The notes beneath the pieces are model-generated. The model did not search any database, was not told the origin of the DNA, and worked only from the letters and a program-made list of their open reading frames with translations. Made by a program: the position numbers and the translations under genes. A DNA stretch of 62,962 nucleotides, filler included, from Aduncisulcus paluster (Eukaryota): the NCBI GenBank assembly GCA_024181965.1. It is 12 parts of 12 records of this genome, joined end to end, with 100 filler letters (N's around TTAATTAATTAA, not from the genome) between each part and the next. Parts side by side here need not be neighbours in the genome. Positions count along the whole stretch, not along the records: positions 11,713 to 17,155 come from BQXS01010162.1; positions 17,256 to 20,796 come from BQXS01010163.1; positions 20,897 to 24,085 come from BQXS01010165.1; positions 24,186 to 34,590 come from BQXS01010166.1; 8 more parts are not named here. One strand, given 5' to 3'. Shown here piece after piece: positions 13,675 through 25,028 of the stretch (positions within the stretch are counted from its first letter, which is position 1; each line of letters starts with the position of its first letter).

Positions 13675-15118
13675 AGGTGAAGAAGATGAGGATTCGATCA
13701 TTGGTTCAATTCCAAGTGTTGTGCTTCCAAAAGGATGGGGTGATGGTTTGAGTCGTTCAGAGGAAGAACCTGAAAAGCAAGAAGTTGAAAGAAGGAAATT
13801 GGAGGAAAAGAAGAGGAAGAGAGAAAAACTCGAAAAGACGGAAACAGAAAGAAGAAGGAAACTGGAGGAAGAGATGAAAATGAGGGAGTTTAAAGATATA
13901 GCAGCAGCCTTGACTATTACTCCCAATCCTCAGATTTTGACATCTGATTCTGACATAACTCCACTTTGTATCATTGGAAGTGGTGGATTTGGTGATGTTA
14001 TCCTTGCTGGTATTGATTATCCTGAGTCATCTTCACCTTCTATCTTGTGTGCTCTGAAATGCATGAAGGTCACAAAAGAGTATGAAGGAAAGGATACGAC
14101 TGTACAACTTATGAAGCGAAATTTCTCTCTACAGTGCCGATGGTATTCTTCCAACCCTTTGCTACAAAGAGGTATCCCACGGCCTCTGCATATGCTTGAT
14201 TTCCTCGATGATGATCTGAAAGGAACGTTTGGACTGGCAATGGAGTTCTGTCAAGGTGGGAATGTGATTGAATTTGCCAAAAGCTGGGCTGTTGATCTCG
14301 AAGAATGTGATCCTGATGAAGATGATGAAGATGACTTTGTGTATGATCCTGTGAAGATCGCTGCTCTGTGTGTGGCTATCATCGAGTGTGTTGCTGATAT
14401 CTTTTCTGTGAAGAAACGATTTATTCATCGCGACATTAAACCCGATAACTTCCTTGTTCGGTATGATGCTTCCAAAGATAAATGTCATGTTCTTCTTGGA
14501 GATTGGGGAATTGTTGAGATCCATAACTCTATGTTTCGCAGTTCTTTCATTTCCACAGATTCCTCTTCTTCTTTAAGTTCTGCAAGTTCTTCTTTATCCT
14601 CCGAACATCGTTCGATCGTGGACTCTATATGTTATACTGCCCCAGAGAGTCTTAAAAGTGGGCTTTACTGCCAACGCAGTGATGCATGGGGAGTTGTTCT
14701 GACCATATGGTCTCTCTTCAATAAGATGCAACAGCCTTTCATGTCACATCCAAGAATAACAAGCATTCCATATTCTGAGGATTATGACAGGAATATCGTT
14801 AGAGTTTTGCAAGAGCTCACAAAGAAAAAGTGTTGCCTCCCACAGCTGAAAGATAGTGAGATCTTCTGTTCCCTTGAGACGATGGAAGATGGGAAATACA
14901 AAAAAGTGTACGATGTATTTCTTGCCGTGTTCGATGGCCTGTTGAATCCTGACCGTCTGGAACGAATGACGATCCATGAAGCGCGCTCTCTGATGGATGA
15001 TATCAAATATTTACTCCCGCCTCTTGGAGAAGGGTGGGAATGTCCACCTATCGAGGAGTACATTGCCCGTCAGATAGAGGAGTATGATGGAAAGAAAGGC
15101 TCAGAGTTCTTCATTTAG
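13604..15118 (+). CDS. Ser/Thr protein kinase, same family (kinase 2), preceded by a charged coiled coil
   Basis: GSGGFG, CALKC, HRDIKPDN, DWG, YTAPE, DAWG; start uncertain and may be fused to kinase 1. Confidence 0.88.
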   Translation: MPSIKVILEALLMKIRFQSGCIVEGEEDEDSIIGSIPSVVLPKGWGDGLSRSEEEPEKQEVERRKLEEKKRKREKLEKTETERRRKLEEEMKMREFKDIAAALTITPNPQILTSDSDITPLCIIGSGGFGDVILAGIDYPESSSPSILCALKCMKVTKEYEGKDTTVQLMKRNFSLQCRWYSSNPLLQRGIPRPLHMLDFLDDDLKGTFGLAMEFCQGGNVIEFAKSWAVDLEECDPDEDDEDDFVYDPVKIAALCVAIIECVADIFSVKKRFIHRDIKPDNFLVRYDASKDKCHVLLGDWGIVEIHNSMFRSSFISTDSSSSLSSASSSLSSEHRSIVDSICYTAPESLKSGLYCQRSDAWGVVLTIWSLFNKMQQPFMSHPRITSIPYSEDYDRNIVRVLQELTKKKCCLPQLKDSEIFCSLETMEDGKYKKVYDVFLAVFDGLLNPDRLERMTIHEARSLMDDIKYLLPPLGEGWECPPIEEYIARQIEEYDGKKGSEFFI

Positions 15119-15481
15119 GTTTAATTTGTCATGCCTCTATTAATATTGTTGAATAAATGTCGTTTTATTTACTTTGAGGAAAATATCTTCAAATATTATT
15201 GATGATTTGACTAATTTTGTATTTCTTTTCTCAAAGTCGAGATTTCATGAAAATATTGAACTATAAAATTAGAATGTTTTAGTTAATTGTATTTTTATTG
15301 AGGAATATTAAATTAGAGATAGTTTTTCTGTATTTCTGACACACACACAAATTTCATCGTTTTGTCGAGTATTCCTTTAAGGGATTCTATATTAAGCAAT
15401 CTTTCACAAAATATATTGCATCATTTTTGTCTTTTCTGTGGTTATTTTGAGATAAATATTTGAGAATATCACATTTCACCT

Positions 15482-17155
15482 ATGAAGTTCAGACTTCCCA
15501 TATCTTTGACATCTTTTTCAATGTCTTTCTTTTTTCTTGTATTTATAATTCAAATATGCTTTATTTTTACCCTAGATTCTTCAAATGCTGGTCTTGATCA
15601 GCAGCTCAACGATTTTTCAACTCCTTCACGTTATGATGATGAATTTGGTGATTACCAACATTATCCACGGACAAACAATTACAAGTTACAAGATAACTCA
15701 TTTAAAGATGATGTGGATTCGGTTGTGAATACAGATCCTCATAATCTTGCCGATTTTCCTTCTGGTTCTTCTAGTTCCGCAAATCAAAACGATTCATCCA
15801 TTCTTCCCGAGGAAAAGCATGAAGTTCAGGACCAAAATGACCTTTTCAATGGCAAATTATTACTGTCAAAGTTGATTCTAATCCCGAATTATGATGATGG
15901 GGAAGATGAGATCTCTTCGATTCAATCCCTTGGCGCCCTTTGTTTTTTTAGCCTTATCATTTTCGGCATATGTATTGGTGGTATATTGTTTCTTGATTGT
16001 TTATTTTGCAATGATAAATGTTGTTATCAAATTCCTGATGGTTGTGTAAAATTTCGTTCGTTTAATGCTGTAGTTGGAACATTTTCAGCCGGTTATTTAT
16101 TTTTAGGTGGTCTATTGATGAAGTTTTTACTATTTGATTCCTTTTTTCAACAAATGGTTACAGTTGGAGTAATCACTGGTGCGTTAATAATGTTCTTCCT
16201 GCTATTTTCTTTTGATTCAGACAAAACAGAATGCTTCTTTGAATCGGGTTGGGATATCTTATTTTTATATTGTGCAGGTGCAACTGGTGCCTGGTCAATG
16301 ATCATTGGGATTCCAATATTTCCGGTTTTGTTTTTTATCCTCTACTTTGTCTTCCGCTCAAAATGTGTTGAATCAATCCAGAGCAGGAAACACACGTTTT
16401 CTTTTGAATGGAATGCTTCCTTACTGAAGATTACTTTGTGCTGGGAATTGATATCACTCGGTGCACTATTCTGTTTCCTCAACATATCAATAGGAATTTT
16501 GATAATACTGATATTTTTTATTGTTCTGATTGTTCTGTTGGTCGAGAAAAGAAAAAATGTCAATGAAGAAATAGGACTAGTTGCCAGAAGAAGACGATTC
16601 ACTCCAGCAAGTAATAATCATAGTGTCCAGATTGTTGATAACAGACCATCTGTCTTACCTCCTACAAATCCCAGTCCAACAGTAACACGACCACCCACAG
16701 ACGCCCAGAAGAAAAAGCAAGCGGAAGAAGATGCGAAGAGGAAAAAAGAAAAGGAAGAGATAGAGAAGAAAACGCAGGAGTTGAAAATAGCCGAGGATAA
16801 AAGAAAAGCCGTGGAAAAGGCAAGGAAAAGACAACGACAGATTGAAGATGCGAGGAAAAAAGATGAGGAGGTTGCACGTGAAAGAAAGATTTCAGAAGAA
16901 AGAAGGGAGTTGGACGCTGCAAAAAGGCAGCTTGAACAAGACAAGGCACTATTTGAGATAGAAAAACAAAAGAGAGATCTTGAGCTAAAACTTAGAGAGA
17001 AACAATCAATGGAGCGTTCCAGATCCTCACATAGCCGGAGTTCAATCTCCTCTCAGATGATGATTCCCTCTGGCCAAGAGTCCTACGATCAGAGCCGAAT
17101 GATGTCAACAGACACATATGGTGCTTCGGTTGTTCCTGTCCACCACTCTTCTCAT
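15482..17155 (+). CDS. signal-peptide, multi-pass (about 6-7 TM) membrane protein with a cytoplasmic coiled coil (3' partial)
   Basis: Hydrophobic N-terminus, acidic ectodomain, cluster of hydrophobic helices, then an E/K/R-rich coil. Confidence 0.8.
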
Positions 17156-17255
17156 NNNNNNNNNNNNNNNNNNNNNNNNNNNNNNNNNNNNNNNNNNNNT
17201 TAATTAATTAANNNNNNNNNNNNNNNNNNNNNNNNNNNNNNNNNNNNNNNNNNNN

Positions 17256-20048
17256 CAATGGGGCACTGTTTCTCTTCCTCTCTTCCTCCATTTCCTCTTC
17301 TTTCTCTTTCTTCTCTTTCTTCTCTTTTTTTCTTTCGACAGCATCCTCTTCTTCCTTTTCTTTCCACCGACGCTTTCCTACACTGTCAAGATCATCAGTG
17401 TCGATTTCTATCATCTCAGCGGCACTGATTTTGTTCTTCTTCCGTTCTAATATTCTTTTTTTAGCTTCATTTTCTTTTCTCATTTGTTCATTCTGAATCC
17501 TTGTCCGTTCTTTGCGTTCTTTCTTCTCCTTCTCAGACAGCGAGGCACTGGTCTTGGCAAAGACATGCCCAATATCTATCATCATGCCTGTAATCGATGC
17601 CAACCCGCCTCCTTTTCTTCCTTTTGCAATGAAATCGCACCCAATACGAGTAAATAGCCACTCTCGAACACACGTTGTCAATGCAGAAAACCGAGCAGAG
17701 AGGGAACAGGAGCTTTGAGAAAGAGATATAAATAGAGAGAACGAGGAGGAGAGAAGAGAGGAGGATGAACGAAGGAGAGGAAGTGAAATTGAGGAAAGAA
17801 GTTCAAAAGTTGGAATGAGAATAAATGATAGAGAATAGCTAAATAAAGACGACAAAAGAGGTTCACAGAGTAAGTTGGGAGATAAAGAAAGGGTTTGATC
17901 TTCGATCTTAAATTTGTTTGCTTCAACTTTCTCTTCCTCCCCTTTCTCTCCTTCTTCTTTCGATTCTGAATCAGTGTTTTGTGTTATTAAACATGAATAA
18001 ATTGAAAATATATCCGAATCTGTGAACAGATCATGGAAGAGAGAAGAACATGAAGGATGAATTATTTTGGCCAATGCTCTCCTCTTTCCACCCTGTCCTT
18101 TTCCCTTCTTTTGATTACGTGCGAGACTCATATCTTTTTCAATCATTCCTTCACTCCACAATCCAAATATACAACCAACACACAGTTGAAGGGAAAGTAA
18201 GGGAGAAAATGGAACAAAATCACTCTTTCCTTCCTCTCCTTCTTCATCATCATCAACAGCATCAGTGTCAGTGTCAGTTTCACTAATTTTAGCATCAGTT
18301 TGTGCGAATGTATTATCAACAATTCCATCAGTGTTCCTTGCATGGTAAACGTATGAAGATGGAACAACGGTTGCATACTTAACAAATAACTGGGATAAAG
18401 ATGAAAGATAAGCGGATAAATGGAAAGAATATGGAACAAATGATGACATTCTTGCATCTTTCGGCCGTTGCATTAGAATATTTGCCTCTTTCAAAGCGTC
18501 ATCATGGCCAATATCAAGCTTTTCTTTAACCATCAAGATGGCCTTGTATTCTTTCACTCTACGTTCCTGCTCTCCAAGAAGGATTCCAATATCAGAACAA
18601 ACACGACGACTTCCCATTTCAAATATCCTCCTTCGCTCAGCTCTCTCACCATCCGTTTCAATCGGAGCATAGTCGCTTTGGAGTGTTGAGAACATAATTC
18701 TGAGTGCATCGCACCATATAAACACAGACAAAGCAGCTGATGAAGAAGGAAGCACGCAAGAGGAAGAAGAAGCATGGGATGGATATGTCTTTGATATATC
18801 GGAAGGGAAAGAAAATTGTAACAAAGACGAGACAAGAGTATATACACTGGAACTCTTGTCTAGTCTCGCCCCATCACACCCCTTTCGACAAATAGTTGAC
18901 ATATCTTGAGAAAGGTCACAATTAGAGTTGCAGAGATGAATGTAATACTTCAGAATATCGTCATAAATATGATCAAATTGGACTTTGAGATCAGAAGATT
19001 CTTTTTCACAAGTCAAACATTCTTTGAAATGTTCCAAACCTTTGACTGATAACTCAGACAAAACAGAACTTGTATTTGAGACTCCAACGCATCCAATGAT
19101 TCGAACACAAACACAGAGAGCGATCGTGGTGCAACGATGCCTTTGGATTGAAGAAGTGGGGAAATGAATAGGAGAGAATAAAGGGATGGAAAGAGATGAC
19201 AAGGGCGTGAATAATGGGTGTGGATCAACAGAAAAATGTCCAAATGGTGCATTTAAAGTAGTGGTACCAAAGTTCTTCGAAGAAAAAGAAGAAGAGGAGG
19301 GAATAACAGGAATATCTTGCATAATATAAATTCCTCTGGCTATATTCATACAAAATGCACAATTCATTAGACAGAACGAGAGTTGATCCACAAGACGCTG
19401 ACTCTCCCCAAGACTTCCACTGCCTTGTCGCATCAAAATGGTCTCAAGCGTATGGTATGATGAAATAACTGAAAATAACAGTGTATGACACACACCTGCT
19501 GCCAAAGTATCATTCTTGCATGTATTTATAGACCATTTGCAGATATTGTAACATGATGATACAATATTTGTCAAGGAAACACATAGGGCGAGGGTACGAC
19601 GTTGGGATGGGTTTAGGAGACATAAAGTGTCAAGAATATGTGAAAAGGATAAGTTAAGAAATTTACACGCTTCTTTGGCATCATTGGCATGCTTTGATAT
19701 GAGATATTCAAGATCAGAAACAACTGCGGTTGATAAATCCCGTTTCTTTCGTTGTACCGTCGCCAAAAGTTTTTTATGTTCTTTAATGTGATGTTTTAAA
19801 CGAGCAGAAACAATATAAAAAAATGATCTTGTTGAATTTATACACGCATCGAATTCTTCAGAATTATTTATGAAAGCAAAGCCGTATTTAAGAGCAATTA
19901 GCATTGGATCAAATAAATGAAGAATGCTTTTAGAATAATACTCATTAGATTCAGCATTTGTCGGAGACATTCCAAGAGATAGAGCTTTCCAAGCAGCAAT
20001 TCGAGTTTTTACATTAGGAGATATAATTTGTGGGATAGAAGAACTCAT
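17256..20048 (-). CDS. hypothetical protein with a charged C-terminal region (3' partial)
   Basis: ORF of more than 900 codons running into the spacer; no recognised domain. Confidence 0.7.
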
Positions 20049-20288
20049 TGGTTAAAATTAACTTTAATTCTGTCTAAATAAATTCTTTGGATTTCTCCTA
20101 TTCAAATACAATCGTTGATTTGGGATCAACTTGAGATTGGATAGTTATATAATTAAGTGAGATATATATACCACTGAAAATATGATCTTTTATTATTTTT
20201 TCTATATTAAAATAACAATAAGAAGTTTTCTCAAGAGTTTACACGAATGAAGATCTTACGTTAGAATATGGAGTTTAAAATTATCTTT

Positions 20289-20795
20289 TTAATGAATTTC
20301 AGAGCCATCTGGAAGATCGCAAGTGATGTATCCATCTTTATGCTTCAATTTCATTTTATCAACACAGGCTATCTTACCAAAGCAAGCGAATTCTTTCACA
20401 ATCTTTTTCCACTGTTTGTCATTGCAGTTCTTTCCAAGAGGAAAAGGCTCAGGGGTTGGGAATTCTTCTAATTCAATCTTATCTCCAACGGCAGCAGAGG
20501 CAGGAACTTCAAGGATCTTAACAATCTCTTTTCCATCTTCTTCGTATGATCCAGCAATTATCATGGCATAAGACATGACACCTGCGAGTTTAGCTGGCTT
20601 CAAGTTAACGATACAAGCAACCATCTTTCCTTCAAGTTCGGAGGCCTCATAATAATGTTGAAGACCAGTCACAAGTTCACGACTTTCAGATTCACTGATT
20701 TGAAGTTGACAGAGGAAGAGCTTCTCACTACCTTCCAGGGGAACACATTTTGTGACTTTTCCACAAACAATGGCAGCCTTGTGGAAAGATTGAAC
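20289..20795 (-). CDS. EMAPII/Trbp111-type tRNA-binding OB-fold, C-terminus of an aaRS or Arc1p-like cofactor (5' partial)
   Basis: VCGKVTKCVPLEGSEKLFLCQLQI..RELVTGL..NLKPAKLAGVMSYAMII..VGDKI; frame open to the contig edge. Confidence 0.85.
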   Translation of the reverse strand, partial: VQSFHKAAIVCGKVTKCVPLEGSEKLFLCQLQISESESRELVTGLQHYYEASELEGKMVACIVNLKPAKLAGVMSYAMIIAGSYEEDGKEIVKILEVPASAAVGDKIELEEFPTPEPFPLGKNCNDKQWKKIVKEFACFGKIACVDKMKLKHKDGYITCDLPDGSEIH

Positions 20796-20896
20796 CNNNN
20801 NNNNNNNNNNNNNNNNNNNNNNNNNNNNNNNNNNNNNNNNTTAATTAATTAANNNNNNNNNNNNNNNNNNNNNNNNNNNNNNNNNNNNNNNNNNNN

Positions 20897-23800
20897 GGAT
20901 GTTACAATACTAGATAGGTTCAATGAGGAACAACTCAGAGAACTCCTCAATGTGGCAACACTAATCATCCCATTGGATTCAATATCAGAACTAATCAGAC
21001 ATCCATTGGCGGGATCAGACAAATAAGCACGAATATTATCATCATGAATGGTATAACATGTGAGATCACCATCATCAACAGAGCCACTCGTCTTTGCAAT
21101 GAAAGCACATTGTTTTTCATTCACATCATCAACACTGTTGAATACTTCGTTAAGAAGAATTGAAGGGCAGTGAATATAGGAAGAATCGCAATAATAAGTA
21201 TCAATAACGTTAATAGGGCAGATATTTGGAAGGAAATTATTCTCAATCGCATCCGTATCGGATTTGTATATTGGCAGTATTGAAGAGATAATTGACCAAT
21301 AATCATCATCTTCTTCTGATCTACAAAGAGGTATTAGAGCAATATCATACTCCAGATCGGCAATCTCCAACCAATTCAAGCCGATATTTCTGAACGTGAC
21401 GGTGATGTCAAAAATTCGCATATTGCTGTGGAATGAACAACGATACAATCTATGAAGGGTATATATGGAATTAATATCATAAATATCCATAGAATATGTG
21501 TTAGATCGTTCTTGATCAATGTATAACGATGGTAGTTGACCAAGCGAGGCAATATCAATCACTCCAGAAATATCAGAGTCATTTGAATTAAAATAGTTAG
21601 TATTTATCAAATATTTAGCACCAATCAAAGTCGAAATGTGAGAAGAATTCGAATAAAAGTGGCCACTTATCCCAGCCATCTCAAACTCAGACACGTCACA
21701 AAGAGTCTCTACATATCCAACAGCATCACACACTTTACCCCTGAACAATGGATCTGGAATATGCACTTGATATAATTGATCACATTCATCGCCATACCAG
21801 GCAGATCGACAATCGGATGTAATAATATCTCCTGACGTTTTGACACACATTTGATGATCATTCATATGACTGGGACAGTCAGCATCGGTATCTTCAACGC
21901 ATGAATACTCTCCTTGGTCATAATAATACCCTTCCTCACATTCGGCTGCATAACGGCCAGGATATACTTCATTGCACTCCAAGTGATCTTCGACAGTAAA
22001 AGATCGGGCACAGTCCAAGGAATATGTTGGAACCAATATCGAACATGAATCTCCCGTATATCCATTTTTACAAGAAAGTTGACATGAAATTGAAGAATCA
22101 TTTGGATTGAGTGTTGAGAAGTAATGTTCTTTTCTTTCACATACTTGACAACGGATAGTATCAGAGGAATCAGTGGCTTCAGCACACTCTCCAGTCGATT
22201 TGTCGAGATAGTACCCATTCCAACACTCAACAGCCCATTGATCGGGGTACACTTCACGACACACTTGGTGGTCAGAAGAAGACACAGATGCAGAACAATG
22301 GCATGTTTGGTCAGAATATGTTATAGATGATAGGGTTGAGAAGTTGGATTGTAGAGCACTCACCATTCCTTCGATATCACAGATGTTATTGCCACTGATG
22401 TCAAGGGTTGTGAGAACTCCATCAATACTATCAGGAAACATGGAAGATGTGATGAGAACAGACACATCAGAGATGTTGTTGTTGGAGAGATCAAGTGAAG
22501 TGAGTTTGGAGGGTTGGATGTATGTATCAAATCCTAAAGCATTATCAACAATAGGAGTCAGATCAAGCACATCACTAACAGCACTCAATCCACACCCGCT
22601 CGCAGAGAGAGATGTGAGACCAGAATCGATGGAGTCGTAGGTCACGGCCTTTGCCAAGATCTGAACAACTAACTTATCATACTCGGCATTCTCATTGATA
22701 TTTCCACTCAAGTCATACCCATCAATGTTGAGAGATGTCAAACCAATGGACTCGCCATTTGAATCTGTACCTTGGGCATACTCAAGACCCTGAAGAGTCG
22801 TGATCTCATCAAGAGTAGAAACGGACGAGGAAGAACTGGAAACAACTTCAGAGAGCGACAACGAAGAACATGTCAACTTACTACGCATCGTGGCAACACT
22901 GATGATACCATTCGTTTCAGGGTCATTCCCAGAAAGACAATAATCTTTCAGGTATTGGCGAATATTATCATCATGAACAGTGTAACACTCGCCAGCAGAG
23001 CCTTCCTTAGCAATGAAAGCACATTCTTTAACTGGAGTATCAGCAACACTGTTGTACACTTCGTTAAGAACAATGGAAGGACAATTTGATCCATCGCAAT
23101 AATAATAATTATCCAAGTTAATGGGACAGGAGTTGGGAAGGAAATAAACATCCTTGCTGCTTTGACTCGAATAATGGATAGGGAAAACAGCTGCAATGAA
23201 ATCCCAATAAGCGGTATCATCTTCTGATCGACAAAGAGGGATAAATGCGGACTTACTTGTATTTGAAATATCCAACATATACATCCCAACATTTCTAAAT
23301 GATACAGAAATATCATAGATTTGTTCGTTTCCGTAGATATACAAATATTGTAATCTATTCAAAGTAAACAAAGAATTGAAATCACAAATATTGAGACTAT
23401 AATCACTATTAGCAAAAATATATAAATATAATAATTGATTAAGGGAGGAAAGGTAATTAACCGAAATAGCGGGGGAAAGGGAATTAGCAGATGTGACATC
23501 TGTATTTGCACCTTGGAAAAAAGACAAATTAATTAAATATTGTACACCTTCAAATGACTTAATATGAGTACTACCTACGTTAAATATTACAGACTGCCCA
23601 GCCATCTCAAACTCAGACACGTCACAAGGGATCGCTCCATATCCGGCATAATTACACACTTTCTCCCTGAACAACTCATCTGGAATATACACTTGATACA
23701 ATTGATCACAATCATCTCCATACCATGCAGCTCGACATCCACATGTGATGGATGAAGCTCCTTCCTCAAGAACAGGCATCATATTGGAATGGCCTTCACA

Positions 23801-24085
23801 TACTTGGACACGAATGGCATCATCAACAGAGGCACTCACAGATACACAAGTTCCACTTTCAGTATTAAGTTCAGAGCCACTATCACATGCAGAAACACAC
23901 TCTCCAGTCGATTTGTCGAGATAGTACCCATTCCAGCACTCAACAGCCCATTGATCGGGATACACTTCACGACACACTTGGTAGGATGAAGAAGACACAG
24001 ATGCAGAACAATGGCATGTTTGGTCAGAATATGTTATAGATGATAGGGTTGGGAAGTTGGATTGTAGAGCACTCACCATTCCTTC
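20897..24085 (-). CDS. LRR + Cys-rich/EGF surface protein, internal fragment (partial at both ends)
   Basis: LTSLDLSNNNISDVS and LTTLDISGNNICD LRRs, IPDxxFRxKVC caps, CREVYPDQWAVECWNGYY and CRxAWYGDDC modules repeated. Confidence 0.88.
22184..24085. repeat. near-identical approximately 190-nt internal repeat (22184-22372 vs 23897-24085), period 1713 nt = 571 aa
   Basis: Same DNA and peptide MVSALQSNF.TLSSITYSDQTCHC...YLDKSTGEC twice, with several substitutions. Confidence 0.85.
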
Positions 24086-24185
24086 NNNNNNNNNNNNNNN
24101 NNNNNNNNNNNNNNNNNNNNNNNNNNNNNTTAATTAATTAANNNNNNNNNNNNNNNNNNNNNNNNNNNNNNNNNNNNNNNNNNNN

Positions 24186-24528
24186 TCATGATGATCTTTC
24201 TGGACTTCTCTGAGTGTATAACCTCGATTAAACGACAAATATTATCATGATGTAACTTTTTCATAACAGCTATTTCTCGATATACACATTCAAGCAGCGT
24301 TTTATCTCCACCTTTTTTTGCAAGTAATTTCTTCTTAAAGATAATTTTGACAGCATATTCTTGTCCATTGAACTTATCAATGGCATATTTTACAGTACCA
24401 AAAGCACCTTTTCCAAGGGTAGATGCCAATACATATCGATTATTAACAACAGCAGAACCACCGAACTCTTTTTCATGTTTAATGGTTAACTCACACGTCT
24501 CTTTTGTCGGAGATCCTTCACCCGCCAT
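24186..24528 (-). CDS. CaMKK-like protein kinase, N-lobe (3' partial)
   Basis: NRY..LGKGAFGTVK..YAVKI..VYREIAVMKKLHHDNICRLIEVI matches the CaMKK/SAK1 pattern. Confidence 0.8.
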
Positions 24529-25028
24529 GTATAAAAATGGGTGATGAGATTGTGTGGGCTTTTGTGGGCAAATATGACGAAAGAAAACCCTTCAGGGGTT
24601 AATCCTAGCGCATGATAAAAAATGCAAGTTGAAACATATAATTATCATTAAATTATCGGGTTTATTATTTTTTTCTTTCTGAATTCTTTTTTTACCTGCA
24701 TAATAGAGTTCTACTTTTTTCATTTTTGTGAGGTCTCTAATGCCTCACTGAATTACATCTTGAGAATGGGACATTAGTTGGAGATAAATTTGTAGGTTCA
24801 AATGTAAGATACACTCAATTATTAAGGTATTAAGTCAATATTGCAACAAGAGACAGAATCTGTCCGATTTCAATTTAAAGGTCAAACAAAACCGTTTACT
24901 ATGAAAATAATAAATAATAATAAAAACGTTCAAATAAAATATCTAGTTAATACATCAATTAAAGGAAAGTGTGCAACTAAGACAAAGTTACGACTTCGAT
25001 GATAGATTTGGCCATTGATAAGCTTCTT

